From: an uncultured virus (IMG/VR IMGVR_UViG_3300044715_000653)
Lineage: Duplodnaviria > Heunggongvirae > Uroviricota > Caudoviricetes
Length of the DNA stretch: 64,000 nt
Virus record (IMG/VR): IMGVR_UViG_3300044715_000653
Strand: one strand, 5' to 3'
Part shown: positions 47,014-57,652 of the stretch, piece by piece
Layout: each line of letters opens with the position of its first letter
Numbering within the stretch: the stretch's first letter is position 1
Program-made: the position numbers and the translations under genes
The notes under the pieces: model-generated
What the model was told of the DNA's origin: nothing
The model's input: the letters and a program-made list of their open reading frames with translations, nothing else
Database searches by the model: none

Positions 47014-48110
47014 TATTCAATTCCTTGTTCAAGTACTTCGTTTTCAGATACGTCATCTGTAACTTTAGTAACTTCTGTACTTAGCAAATGAAGATTAGAT
47101 GAAATTTCTTTCATAACTTTATCTAAACATTCATCTTCGTTGCGTTCCCATGCTTTACGAAATTTCTTAATGACAGTACTGTCGGACAATGTGTACACTA
47201 AACTATTACCTTCTTTCTTAAGCAGGTTTTTAGCTTCTAACATATCTACCATACCTGAGTAAGGACTCATACCGGTTTCATATGGAATCTCTACTTGTAC
47301 TGACTCAAACGGTTTAGCGTAACGTGTTTTCATAATCTTACAAGCGGCACGTATACCGTTAACTGTTGTTGTCTTATTACCATCAGCGTCTGTTTTAAGT
47401 TTAAGTTTGCGCATAGCTACAACAATACTCGAAGCGTAGATAAAGCCCTGACCACCTGATATTTTATCATCTGGGTCAAACATATCTTGGCTTGCGTATG
47501 TATGGTTAGTTGCCACTAAGCCTAAGTTTAATGTACCAAACATGTTTACGCAGTTACGTACAAGTGCTGTTAGTGCTTTAGGTTTACGACCCATATCACC
47601 TTTCATTTCACCTGCTTCAAACTGATTAACGTCTGTTGGTGTTAGCATCATACCCAAGCTGTCTAATACAAACAATACTTTTGGACGGTCGTCTTCCGGA
47701 AGTGTACGGTATTCTTTAACAAAGTCGCTGATAACTTTAGCTACATCATCAATCATAGCCATATTAAGTTTAAGTAACTTGCTTTCGTCTGTATCTACAC
47801 CTAATGCGTGTAGCCATGCTTCATCAAGTGCGTTTTCTGTATCAATTAAGATAACATAGATGCCTTGCTCTTGTGCATGTCTAACAATATTACCTGAGCA
47901 GATAAATGATTTACCTGCGCCTGATTCACCAGCAAACACAGTTACCTTACCCATTGGGATGCCTTTGTTAAAGTCTCCGCTTAATAGGTAGTTTAATGTG
48001 TAATTACCTGTACTAATCCAATCAGTTGGATCGTTAAAGCCAATACCTAAGCCTTCAATACTTTTGGTAATTGACTTTCTAAATTTACTAATGTCGAATG
48101 GTTTTGCCAT
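47013..48110 (-). CDS. uvsX: RecA/UvsX recombinase
   Basis: ISTG...LN..LSG, AGESGAGKS, IDTENA, VLDSLG, ISGG.G..YASS. Confidence 0.92.
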   Translation of the reverse strand: MAKPFDISKFRKSITKSIEGLGIGFNDPTDWISTGNYTLNYLLSGDFNKGIPMGKVTVFAGESGAGKSFICSGNIVRHAQEQGIYVILIDTENALDEAWLHALGVDTDESKLLKLNMAMIDDVAKVISDFVKEYRTLPEDDRPKVLFVLDSLGMMLTPTDVNQFEAGEMKGDMGRKPKALTALVRNCVNMFGTLNLGLVATNHTYASQDMFDPDDKISGGQGFIYASSIVVAMRKLKLKTDADGNKTTTVNGIRAACKIMKTRYAKPFESVQVEIPYETGMSPYSGMVDMLEAKNLLKKEGNSLVYTLSDSTVIKKFRKAWERNEDECLDKVMKEISSNLHLLSTEVTKVTDDVSENEVLEQGIE

Positions 48111-48166
48111 GAGAATGTCCTTTTAATTGAAATAGGGGGCATTGCGCCCCCATACGCATTATCTAC

Positions 48167-49192
48167 TTAAGATGTCTTTTGACGATTGCGAATCATTGCA
48201 AGGATGTCTTCAGCACGTTGACCGCCAGCTGCCGGAGTTGCAATTGGTGCTGTAGGAGCACTAACTGCTACTTCATCTGTGTCAAATGGTACATCAACTG
48301 CCGCAGGAGCACTTTCAACATGCTCAGAAACAACTGCACGGTCTGCTGGTTGAGCTGCTACATCATTTGATGTAGTAGTTGCCGGTGTATTTGCTGTGTA
48401 TGAACCACGTGGTTTAAAGTATGCGCCCCAACGTTCTTCATCATACGGTTGTCCGTCAACTGATGCTTCAAACATTTCTTTCATGATTTTAAGCTCTGCT
48501 TCGTTAGGACGTTTAGGCAAGAAGTCAGCAAGGTTATATAAACCAAACTTCTCAATTGCTTCAGCTTCGTCTTGCGTTAAAGCAGATTCTTTACGTGACC
48601 ATTTACTAGTACTGTAGTCAGCATAACCACCTTTACTTGTTTTAGTTGCTGTAAAGTCTAACCCACCTGCATAGTCAGTTGGCAAGTTTTCTAACTCTGG
48701 ATCCATCAATGCTGATTTAACCAAGTTAAAGATTTGTGGACTGATGATGAAACGACGAATTGGATTTTCTGGTGTCTTGTCATCTTTCAAAGGATTCTCG
48801 CGTACAAATCCTTGGAATAAGTATGATTTCTTTTTCCAGTACTTACGACCCATTTCTTCTAAACTTGGATCTTTAAACCATGTACGCACTTCTGCTAGGA
48901 TTGGGCATGATTCTCCCCACATCTCAACACATGGTACTTGTACTGTTGTTTTTTTACTGTCTGTTTGGCCTTTGATGCCAGCGAACTCTAAGTTGATCAT
49001 ATTACGTTCAACCCAGAAGAATGTGTTTTTTGGATCTGCATCTGGTAAGAAACGGATACGTGCTGTTGCACCTTCGTCAATATTCCAGTGTGCGTAGATT
49101 GCGTTGTCGCCGCCGCCTGTTGATGATTTACCTGAACTACGTGTGTCTTGCGCTTGTAACTTTGCTCTAATTTCTGCTAATGATGTTGCCAT
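48167..49192 (-). CDS. Single-stranded DNA-binding protein (gp32-like)
   Basis: RIRFLPD, CVEMWGESCPI, KTSKGGYADYSTSKW; AGGAG before ATG 49192. Confidence 0.85.
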   Translation of the reverse strand: MATSLAEIRAKLQAQDTRSSGKSSTGGGDNAIYAHWNIDEGATARIRFLPDADPKNTFFWVERNMINLEFAGIKGQTDSKKTTVQVPCVEMWGESCPILAEVRTWFKDPSLEEMGRKYWKKKSYLFQGFVRENPLKDDKTPENPIRRFIISPQIFNLVKSALMDPELENLPTDYAGGLDFTATKTSKGGYADYSTSKWSRKESALTQDEAEAIEKFGLYNLADFLPKRPNEAELKIMKEMFEASVDGQPYDEERWGAYFKPRGSYTANTPATTTSNDVAAQPADRAVVSEHVESAPAAVDVPFDTDEVAVSAPTAPIATPAAGGQRAEDILAMIRNRQKTS

Positions 49193-49307
49193 AATGTATT
49201 TCTCCTGTTGTTTTAAGTTGGTCTTTAATATAAGTAACTTCCCGCTACCTACAATAGTATTTATCACCTATACAATAATAATACGTTATATTGATAGTAT
49301 GGTCAAG

Positions 49308-49335
49308 TAAAAAGGCACTCAAAAGTGCCTTTTTG
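49308..49335. terminator. Intrinsic terminator
   Basis: AAAAAGGCACT-CAAA-AGTGCCTTTTT. Confidence 0.85.
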
Positions 49336-49349
49336 GTAAAACTAATTTA

Positions 49350-51491
49350 TTATATCCCTGCTATCTTGCGCATTTGCGCAATATCTTCACTGAACTGTTT
49401 GTTATATAATGATACATCGTCTTCCGGTTCATCTTTAGCTATTGCCTTGATACCATGAGGAATAGTAGTTAGTTTGTCTTTGAAGCTTAATGGTTTTGCG
49501 CCCATACGTTTTAGTTTTTCATCTTTGTTTACGTGATCTTCATATCCTTCTGCTAATGCCGCTTTCATTTCTTCTTTAGATTTGCCATATTTTGCCTGAA
49601 ATTCTTCGTCTGACAGTTCCGTAAGGTCCATGTCAACTTCTTTCATTTTGCCTTCGTCAAGTTCAGCGTTAGCCAACTCTTCAGACTTACGGCGAGCAAC
49701 GTCACTTGAGTGTGTTACTTTGCCGCGCGGATCTTTACCTTGTGCGGGCTGCCAATCACTTTCGTGTTCCCAACCAGTTAGTTTACCTGTTTTAGGATCA
49801 TACTTTATTGTATCTTTTACTTCGTTCATTTCTGGATATTCTACACCTACTTCACGGTATACTTCACGGACCATAATACTAACATCGCTCGAGCCCAATT
49901 CTTCTACTGGTGCGTGGAAACTTGCTACATCACGGGCAGCATTCATAACACCATCTGGACCTGCTTTCATTAATAGTTCTTGATGTTGCCCAATGTTTTG
50001 TGTAATTCTACGGATAATTGCTGTTTGAATGGACTCAACTTGATCTTCATCATACTCGCCCTCACTCATACCACGATTAAACTGATCTGGATTATCACGA
50101 TCTTGATCAAACTCCATGTCGCTACCGTATTCTTGATCAGGCTCGTCAAGGTCACGATCAAATTCCATTTCATCATCACTTTCGTCCATAGTTTGATCAG
50201 CTGGTTCTACGTCGCCGATTTCGTTCATAACTTTACCGTAGATTTCTGGCATATTTTCTTGTACCCAGTCCATAACTACATCACGTGCATCAGCTTCTGG
50301 GTTTTCTTCTGCTAAATCACCTAGACGATCAAACAATACATCGTCGCCGATTAAGTTATATAATGCACTAGTAGCGTTAGTAGCATCTACACCAACAATA
50401 AGTGGTTCCATTAGTAAATCAATCAGTTCAGAAACTTGTTCTTCACCTTCTGGTGTAGCCCATGTACCTTCAGCTACATTAGTAGCCCATGATTCAAATT
50501 GTTGTGCGAATTTATTAGATTTTTTCATATTATATGCCTTTTGTACAATTGGTAATGCTGTATCAGTTGCGTCATTGTAAGTTTTTCTAACGAATCGCTC
50601 ACGCATACTATCAACGTCAAATTCATCCATTAGAGTTTGTTCATCCATCTGGAAATTTTCTTTGCAAGCAGCGTAACCCTTACGTCCGCTCATTCTTTTT
50701 AGAGTGTCATTCAATAGGCCATGATATTCAAATGCCGCTTCTACCATAGCCTGTGTTTCTTGATCTTCAAATGTTCTACGTACCATTTGTGATTTAAATG
50801 GGCGTAGTTTACTGCATTCTTCTGCTACTTTAGTAATGTGCTGTCCGAAATCATCATTTACATTACCGCCTTCTGATACGTGTCGTGCCATAGCACGTGC
50901 GTATTTTAAATTATTATATGGTAATTTGAAACGTTCACCGTCTGTTGTTTCAACAAATAGAGCTTTAATTTTACGACTACGTGCACCACGTTGCTCTGGG
51001 TCTACTCTGTCGCTATGACGTACAATAATCTTTACGTTACCATCTTGCTCGTAACTGCTACGACTTGTGCCGTGCATTCTGCTTTCACCAATAACTTCAT
51101 CTTTATTGTATGTGCTGTCTGATTTGCTTACCTGTTGCAGGTCACGATGTTTTAGTGTACTACGTGTAATATCACGTGGCTCAAAGCTCAATAGATTACG
51201 TTTAGCAAACTCACGTAACTCTCTTAAAAAACCATACCATTTAGCTTGTTGTTCTTCATCTAGTTCGCTACTGATATTTTTACTAAAGTACACCTTAAGC
51301 GAAGTTTCGTCGATAACACTAATTGTTATGTTGCCGTGACTAACACCGTCGACTGTATAGTCAAAGTTGAAAAAACGTGCGTCTTCTGGATTTTGTGTAG
51401 CTTTGGCATTTTCATCGCCTAAACTAACATCTTCAAAACGATCACGGATCTTTTCAAATAGTGCGTCGGATATTTTATTAATTTCTCTCAT
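49350..51491 (-). CDS. Large acidic late (head-associated) hypothetical protein
   Basis: TAAATA 5 nt before ATG 51491; acidic tail with many xxE sites; ends MRKIAGI. Confidence 0.6.
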   Translation of the reverse strand: MREINKISDALFEKIRDRFEDVSLGDENAKATQNPEDARFFNFDYTVDGVSHGNITISVIDETSLKVYFSKNISSELDEEQQAKWYGFLRELREFAKRNLLSFEPRDITRSTLKHRDLQQVSKSDSTYNKDEVIGESRMHGTSRSSYEQDGNVKIIVRHSDRVDPEQRGARSRKIKALFVETTDGERFKLPYNNLKYARAMARHVSEGGNVNDDFGQHITKVAEECSKLRPFKSQMVRRTFEDQETQAMVEAAFEYHGLLNDTLKRMSGRKGYAACKENFQMDEQTLMDEFDVDSMRERFVRKTYNDATDTALPIVQKAYNMKKSNKFAQQFESWATNVAEGTWATPEGEEQVSELIDLLMEPLIVGVDATNATSALYNLIGDDVLFDRLGDLAEENPEADARDVVMDWVQENMPEIYGKVMNEIGDVEPADQTMDESDDEMEFDRDLDEPDQEYGSDMEFDQDRDNPDQFNRGMSEGEYDEDQVESIQTAIIRRITQNIGQHQELLMKAGPDGVMNAARDVASFHAPVEELGSSDVSIMVREVYREVGVEYPEMNEVKDTIKYDPKTGKLTGWEHESDWQPAQGKDPRGKVTHSSDVARRKSEELANAELDEGKMKEVDMDLTELSDEEFQAKYGKSKEEMKAALAEGYEDHVNKDEKLKRMGAKPLSFKDKLTTIPHGIKAIAKDEPEDDVSLYNKQFSEDIAQMRKIAGI

Positions 51492-51505
51492 AGTATTATT
51501 TATCT

Positions 51506-52048
51506 TTAAGCGTAAAACCAAGTATATGAACTAAGTCGAATAAAATTATCAGGTACAGGTTTTATCATCCCGTGAAAATTGTAGTCAGTGTTAACCATAA
51601 TATAGCCAAAGTTTGAACGATATGGTATAGAATGTTGGTAAGCACCGTCTATACTATTGCTAAAATATGTACCTAAATCAGTATCTCCCTCATTTAAATA
51701 TACCTGTAGAGTAATATACACCCCATCGTTATCAAGGTGCCTAGAAATATTATATCCTGGGTAATCTGCCCATACTCGAGTATCAGCAGTTGTAATCGAT
51801 TTATCTGTTAAGGCTTGTATTTCTGGAATAAGTGTACGTACATAGTCGTTTAATTTTGAAAATACATCAGGAGATTCAGATATAAGCATTCGGCGAGGAG
51901 TATCAACTTGAGTATAAATACCATCACCTAGCGGTTCCCAACGAAAATTATTAATATCTTGTTGTTGACAGTCTGCTATTAATTCTTGTGGGTAGACATC
52001 TTCTACGCTAAACAGTGTATTAAATTCGTTTAATGGGGTTATTTTCAT
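51506..52048 (-). CDS. 2OG-Fe(II) oxygenase
   Basis: W.D.PGY.I..HLDN (HxD), QVYL, HGM, R.SSY. Confidence 0.75.
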   Translation of the reverse strand: MKITPLNEFNTLFSVEDVYPQELIADCQQQDINNFRWEPLGDGIYTQVDTPRRMLISESPDVFSKLNDYVRTLIPEIQALTDKSITTADTRVWADYPGYNISRHLDNDGVYITLQVYLNEGDTDLGTYFSNSIDGAYQHSIPYRSNFGYIMVNTDYNFHGMIKPVPDNFIRLSSYTWFYA

Positions 52049-52054
52049 AATTTT

Positions 52055-53617
52055 TTAAAACATTATAAATGGCATAGGTTCGATAAAGTCATCGAGTGTG
52101 TCACGCATTGCATTATCAAGTGTTGCATCATAGGTTTGTAGTAGCATGGCCATACGTATTATTAATACCAGACTCATTACTAAGTCATCTGTTTCGCCGG
52201 GTTTAGCCGCAAAACTCGAACCATTGGCTACAAATGTTTTTAATTCTGATATCAAGTTCTTACTGGCAATAGTCATGCGCTTGGTTTCTATTAGATTCTT
52301 TAACTTAGAACAAGCTGATATTTTGCTTTTGTTTGTGGTATTAAAGCCTTTACGATAGCGTCTGCCCGATCCTATAGCCTTAGGTTCATTTAAGAATGTT
52401 CCTTTGATGTTTTCTTCGCCCATTTCTGCTACTGTTATCAAGGCCGCTTCGCCTATTGTATTGTTTTCCATACTGTAGTAAATGTTATTTACTGGCACTG
52501 TTTCTGCTAGATAACGTGTAATTTCTCTGAGTATGCCAATCTGTTGCTGTATCGGTGTGCGATTGTGTTGCCATTCGCCTACTTGCATAAAGCTAGGCAA
52601 TTCAAATATTTGTATTGCGGCCGGATCACCGCCTGTGCCTAGACTAGGATCTAATGCAACAAGATATGTATTTGTTGGGTTTGGCTTTTTATACCAACGT
52701 ATTTGACCCTGTCGTTCAATTGGGTCAATGCCGTCCATTTCAATTAAATGGCCGGGATTAATAAGTGTTTCGTCCCAAATAATAAATTCGCAGTCCATTT
52801 CACGACGGAAACGTTCCTCACCAAGTTGACTACGCTGTTCCTCGGCCCACTTATCGTCCCTATCCGGATGTTCACGCCAATAGCTACGGAATGATTTAAA
52901 CCCATTAACACCCAATTCAGTGGCATTGCCAAATTCATCAATGCATTTGTTGGCTCCTTTCCATAGGGTTGCAAACTGATCTTCGTCTGAATTGGGAGTT
53001 GATGTGATGATACATTTACCACCTGTTGCTAGTGTAGGACTAATTGAAGTCCAGAATTCACGGCCAATAGTACTGCGCACAAATGCAAACTCATCACAAT
53101 ATAGTAATGATATTGACAGACCGCGACCTGTGTTTTCTGTAGTGGTACTTGACATAATACGGCTGCCGTTTTCAAAGTCTATACTACCTTTGTTATAGCT
53201 AGTTGCGCCAGCACGTATAAAGTCTGGACATAGCTCATATGCATACCGTATACGTGACATAATTTCCTGCGAACCTGTAAACTTATGCGCTGCAATTAGA
53301 ATAGTACTGTCCGGCACAAACATTGCGTACCATAACAAGTAACCGGCGGCACTTGTTGACTTACCTGTTTGTCGAGGCATCAATGATATGCTAAAGCGAT
53401 AGTTATGATATGTGTTAATTAAACGTTTTTGATAATCAAATGGAGCATACAACATACGTCCTTGAGTAGGATGCTGTATATAGAAGTAATGACTCATGAA
53501 ATACTGCGGCCCAGTGATTGGGTCAGCACACCGAGCAAACTCTAAGATTTGCTCTTCAGTAAAGGTTTCTGTTTGGTGCGCACGTTTTACAAGTACGCCT
53601 TCAAGTGATTTAGCCAT
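52055..53617 (-). CDS. Terminase large subunit (gp17-like)
   Basis: PRQTGKST, GRGLS, LYCDEFAF, ITSTPN, F.RE..CEF, ALDPS.G.GGD, DDLVM. Confidence 0.93.
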   Translation of the reverse strand: MAKSLEGVLVKRAHQTETFTEEQILEFARCADPITGPQYFMSHYFYIQHPTQGRMLYAPFDYQKRLINTYHNYRFSISLMPRQTGKSTSAAGYLLWYAMFVPDSTILIAAHKFTGSQEIMSRIRYAYELCPDFIRAGATSYNKGSIDFENGSRIMSSTTTENTGRGLSISLLYCDEFAFVRSTIGREFWTSISPTLATGGKCIITSTPNSDEDQFATLWKGANKCIDEFGNATELGVNGFKSFRSYWREHPDRDDKWAEEQRSQLGEERFRREMDCEFIIWDETLINPGHLIEMDGIDPIERQGQIRWYKKPNPTNTYLVALDPSLGTGGDPAAIQIFELPSFMQVGEWQHNRTPIQQQIGILREITRYLAETVPVNNIYYSMENNTIGEAALITVAEMGEENIKGTFLNEPKAIGSGRRYRKGFNTTNKSKISACSKLKNLIETKRMTIASKNLISELKTFVANGSSFAAKPGETDDLVMSLVLIIRMAMLLQTYDATLDNAMRDTLDDFIEPMPFIMF

Positions 53618-53657
53618 ACAAATACTTATCACACCTACGCAATAACTAAATATCTTT

Positions 53658-54722
53658 ATGCTAAATTCTTTAATTTATTGTGCTAACTCCATTAGTACAG
53701 ATCAGTTTGACAATAGTAAGCATACTGACAATTTAGATACGTATATGCATGATACAGAACATAAAAAATATGCCTTTTTAATCTGTTGGAATAGCGAAGA
53801 CCTCATTAAATATAGTAATCTCTCCGCCGACATTGCTAAAGTGAGTGAACATGTATTCTTATATGCATCAGAATTTTATGCACTATATTTGGATTCACTT
53901 AAAGAATTTGATAGGCCAAATGTTACCATATTCTGCCCTAAGATTAATATAACGTTTAATTTTGCACAAGTTCATCCATGGCACTACTGGCTTAGTGATA
54001 CAGTATCCTTGTATAAACATTATATTCCAAATTGGTTAGACTCGCTTATAATAAATCAACCAAAAGAAAAATATTTTGATGTATTATTAGGGCACCAACG
54101 TCAAAGTAGAGATTATCTGTATAATCAATTACAGACTATAGATAAAAGTAAAATACATTTATCCTATCAAAAAAAAGGACAATCGATATCTCAAAATACA
54201 GATGCGTGGCTATGTTTAGATACTAGACTACAATCATTTTGTAGTAATGCGTATGATTCATCGCATGATACCTTCGTCAACGGTTTTAAATATAATCTTA
54301 GTCAATTTATTGATGTGGGTATATACAATACGTCTGCATACACTCTTGTATCCGAAACCAATACCGATAATATTATGAGTTGGTTTACTGAAAAAACAGC
54401 TAAACCTATACTTGCAAAACGATTATTTTTAGCATTGGCTAATCAAGGATTCCTTAAAGAGTTACGTGAGTTAGGTTTTCAAACTTTTAATGGTATAATA
54501 GACGAAAGTTATGATAACGTAAGCGATATACAAACTCGTGCTAGATTAATTGTGGAACAAATGAAGTTTTTAATGCAACAAGATCAGTCGACTATATTTG
54601 AAAAAATTAAACCTATAGTAGAACATAATTATCGGGTAATACAAACTATAGACTACCCGGGCGATATCCCAACTATATCAAAATTTTTTGCTATTCAAAA
54701 AGATTTTTCACCTGTCAAATAA
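53658..54722 (+). CDS. Hypothetical protein, possibly glycosyltransferase-like
   Basis: Y......LVSET, FTEKT.KPI, L..LRELGF.TF...IDESYD motifs; inverted AT-rich insert. Confidence 0.5.
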   Translation: MLNSLIYCANSISTDQFDNSKHTDNLDTYMHDTEHKKYAFLICWNSEDLIKYSNLSADIAKVSEHVFLYASEFYALYLDSLKEFDRPNVTIFCPKINITFNFAQVHPWHYWLSDTVSLYKHYIPNWLDSLIINQPKEKYFDVLLGHQRQSRDYLYNQLQTIDKSKIHLSYQKKGQSISQNTDAWLCLDTRLQSFCSNAYDSSHDTFVNGFKYNLSQFIDVGIYNTSAYTLVSETNTDNIMSWFTEKTAKPILAKRLFLALANQGFLKELRELGFQTFNGIIDESYDNVSDIQTRARLIVEQMKFLMQQDQSTIFEKIKPIVEHNYRVIQTIDYPGDIPTISKFFAIQKDFSPVK

Positions 54723-55003
54723 GGCTTAGAAAACCATAAACGAAACCATTCGGGTGTTCCAGGCTTTACATTATATTGATTTTGATAGTTTACTTTTTCC
54801 ATAGCAGTGATGCTACAGTTACTATCTTCGTCACTGGACTGACTAGCTGTGTATTCTTGCAGTTTAGCCAGGCCGCCTAAGCCAGATCCATTTAATCCAG
54901 CCAGTGCTTTCATTTCATGAATTGGATCAGCAGAATCAAGTACTGCATCAGGAATATTATCCCGAGAATAGTCTTGTGTGCGAATGGAATATTGTTTAAA
55001 CAC
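54695..55003 (-). CDS. Hypothetical late protein
   Basis: MKALAGL; KPGTPEWFRLWFSKPYL. Confidence 0.65.
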   Translation of the reverse strand: MFKQYSIRTQDYSRDNIPDAVLDSADPIHEMKALAGLNGSGLGGLAKLQEYTASQSSDEDSNCSITAMEKVNYQNQYNVKPGTPEWFRLWFSKPYLTGEKSF

Positions 55004-55349
55004 CGTATTTGTTTTTCTTTGGAGCGGCTACAGGACTGACTTTGTTTATTTTGTTGGACTCAACACTATTTTTGCCGCCGTGGGTTTTACGTTTAAGTCC
55101 AAATTTCTTAGCTGCGTGAGCAATAATTTCATCATCAGCATCACTGTAGCCTATTGTTACAAAGTCGCTGCCAGTGCCCGCCTGTTGATCAGCATCTACA
55201 TCAGGGGCGCCTGCTAGCTCAATACCAAAGCGGTATGCTAGATATGGATTAGCGTTGTTGTCTAAATGAGGGAAAGACTGAAGATTAGGAAGAGCATTTT
55301 TAGACGCCTTCCTAACATCACCTTCAGTAACTATTTCATTAATTTTCAT
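54996..55349 (-). CDS. Putative internal head protein
   Basis: N-term MKINEIVTE, capsid-targeting-like. Confidence 0.5.
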   Translation of the reverse strand: MKINEIVTEGDVRKASKNALPNLQSFPHLDNNANPYLAYRFGIELAGAPDVDADQQAGTGSDFVTIGYSDADDEIIAHAAKKFGLKRKTHGGKNSVESNKINKVSPVAAPKKNKYGV

Positions 55350-55654
55350 TAATATTCGTCTTCTTCTTCTAGTCTGCCACGTAGATCAGTTACAGACCCT
55401 GTTTGACTATTACTACGCAAAAATGCTTCAAGCCACGGGCGAGTGTATGCACCAACAACATTACCTACTTCTTTAGTAGATTCAAGTTGATTCGCAATTC
55501 TAACCGCTTCCGATAATGCTTCCTCGAGTTGATCTATTAGATCAGCCGCGTGGCTAGTGCCTTCATCATCCCAAAGTGCTTCTTGGACTGGCTGTTCTAA
55601 TGAACTACCGTTTTCAACAATCATCGCATATTTTTTTAATAAGTCTGAACTCAT
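55349..55654 (-). CDS. Hypothetical late protein
   Basis: DLLKKY..IVE...VQEA; coupled ORF. Confidence 0.6.
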   Translation of the reverse strand: MSSDLLKKYAMIVENGSSLEQPVQEALWDDEGTSHAADLIDQLEEALSEAVRIANQLESTKEVGNVVGAYTRPWLEAFLRSNSQTGSVTDLRGRLEEEDEY

Positions 55655-57648
55655 TTTGTTAGACCTTTTAACAAGCTAGTATATTTGCTCCAGCTAGTAT
55701 CTTTAGCTTCTGCAACTGCCATTGGATTGTCACCTGGTTGTGCAATTTTGTAAGCACGTTTAGTAGCATGTAAATCGTTGCCACTTGGAATAGCTGCATC
55801 AATGCCAGCAGTTTGTTCACGTGGGCTGTTTACATATTCTGGATCACGTTCTTCGTCAACAGCATCAACTACTTCTATTGCGCCATCACATGGTTCAACT
55901 ACACCTTGTGCAATAGCTGACTCTGCGTCTTGTGGTAATTCAGTTACACCAACTGCTTGAATTGCTGGCTGTGCTGTAACTTCGTCCATGCCTGCTAGTT
56001 TACGGAATAGATTAAGTGCATCTTCTTGTCCGTTAGCTGTAATATTAACATTGATATCTTCTTTAACTGTATAACGTTTACCGGCAACTTCAAACTCTTT
56101 AGCACCGCTTGCTTTAGCAGCCGCTAATGCACCTGAGAATTCATTACCTTCTGCCATATCAGCTTCTTCGATAGCACTGGTATCAGTGAATGTTTTATCA
56201 CCTAGGCTGAATGTTTCACCAGCTGGTGTATCTGCTAGTTTACCTGTAAATGCGTTACCTTCAACAACACCTGCGGCAGCATAGAATTTATCATGGCTGA
56301 AGCGTGGGTTTTGTTGTTTAAATATATCAGCGTGATGTTGTGCTAACTCTTTACGTTTAGCCTCATCTGAGATATTTTTAATTAAATCTGCCACCATACG
56401 GAAGTCTTTACGGCTAGCAGCTTCATTGATCGAACTTTCATCTAACTCTTCCAAACTAGATCTTTCTAATCCGATTTCTTGTTGTACATCTGCTTCTGCC
56501 ATCGGAGCAGGCAAGCCAGCTAATGCTGCAATTTCATCTAATTCTGATACACCACCTAAGTGACTATTCATTGGCGCACCACATTCAGCAACTTCTTTAG
56601 AGTAATGACTATATGATGTTGCTACATCACCTAAGAAATCTTCGTCCATTAAAAGAATGTTTCTAGCACGATTAGGTTGTATACCCTGCGCTACCATTTC
56701 TTTACGTACTGCATCAGCAAATTCGCTGTCTGCTGTGTTTAAATTAGGATTTTTTTCGCACAATGCTTTGGCAACTTGCTCATAGAAGTAATCAGTTTCT
56801 TCCATTACACGACCTTCTTTAATTTTAGCAAGTTTAGCTTTTTTCATTTCAGCTTTGCTATTTTTAACTGTATCACCAAATTGTACACTTTCATCTAAAT
56901 CGCTAACGTCATCTTTCTGTGCGGCGCCGCCGTAGGCGTTACCGGCAACTTTACGGATTGGTGTATTTGTTTTTTCGCTACCACGTTCAGCACGTTCATC
57001 TTCTTGTTTGTCTTTTAATGCTTGTAAGCGTTTACGTTTAGCTACTGCGTCGGCATCTATTTCTGCCGGCTCATCATAGGCTGCTTCGCTCAGATTTTTT
57101 TCTTTCTTCTTCATAGCCGCAACAAAATCTGCTAGTTTACAATCAGGATTAGATTTTTTAAATTTTTCGTAGTTTGCTTTAAACTTAGGGTGTTTAGGAT
57201 CATCGAGTGTATATGGGCCGGCGCCTTCTTTAATTTTTAATTTGCTGGTTAGGTCTTTTGCGTCACCACCAAACATGTCTTTAAACGCACCTTTAGCATT
57301 GTTTTTATCTTTAACTGCTTTCTTAGGTGGTTGATTAAAAGATGAGGAGTGACGTACACCGTATTCATCGTAGTCGTCGCTACTAAAAGGTTCAGCTTTT
57401 TTTTCCTTAACAGCTTGCTTCATTGGCTCTTTTTTATCACCATCCTTATCAACATCTAAAAAGTCTGGTTTAGCTTTAGCTTCTTTAAAAGTTTGATATT
57501 TTGCTTCTAAACTTTTAACTGCTTCGGTGATGCTACCACGTGCATCCACGCTTTCGTAGACTGTAGTAGCTTCTGTATCTGGCGTTAATGCAGCATTGTC
57601 AGTAATGCCTTTTAATTTGCCTAAGATGTTGTAGATGTTGTTGCTCAT
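55651..57648 (-). CDS. Large charged head-associated/scaffold-like protein
   Basis: KPDFLDVDKDGDKKEPMK motif, repeated EGN.F.G.L modules, many xxE-A/G/S sites; likely ATG 57648. Confidence 0.6.
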   Translation of the reverse strand: MSNNIYNILGKLKGITDNAALTPDTEATTVYESVDARGSITEAVKSLEAKYQTFKEAKAKPDFLDVDKDGDKKEPMKQAVKEKKAEPFSSDDYDEYGVRHSSSFNQPPKKAVKDKNNAKGAFKDMFGGDAKDLTSKLKIKEGAGPYTLDDPKHPKFKANYEKFKKSNPDCKLADFVAAMKKKEKNLSEAAYDEPAEIDADAVAKRKRLQALKDKQEDERAERGSEKTNTPIRKVAGNAYGGAAQKDDVSDLDESVQFGDTVKNSKAEMKKAKLAKIKEGRVMEETDYFYEQVAKALCEKNPNLNTADSEFADAVRKEMVAQGIQPNRARNILLMDEDFLGDVATSYSHYSKEVAECGAPMNSHLGGVSELDEIAALAGLPAPMAEADVQQEIGLERSSLEELDESSINEAASRKDFRMVADLIKNISDEAKRKELAQHHADIFKQQNPRFSHDKFYAAAGVVEGNAFTGKLADTPAGETFSLGDKTFTDTSAIEEADMAEGNEFSGALAAAKASGAKEFEVAGKRYTVKEDINVNITANGQEDALNLFRKLAGMDEVTAQPAIQAVGVTELPQDAESAIAQGVVEPCDGAIEVVDAVDEERDPEYVNSPREQTAGIDAAIPSGNDLHATKRAYKIAQPGDNPMAVAEAKDTSWSKYTSLLKGLTK

Positions 57649-57652
57649 TTTA

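Noticed and set aside
47013..53617. Inteins or introns in UvsX, gp32 or terminase
   Set aside because: Lengths are normal and ORFs uninterrupted; no splicing or homing-endonuclease motifs seen.
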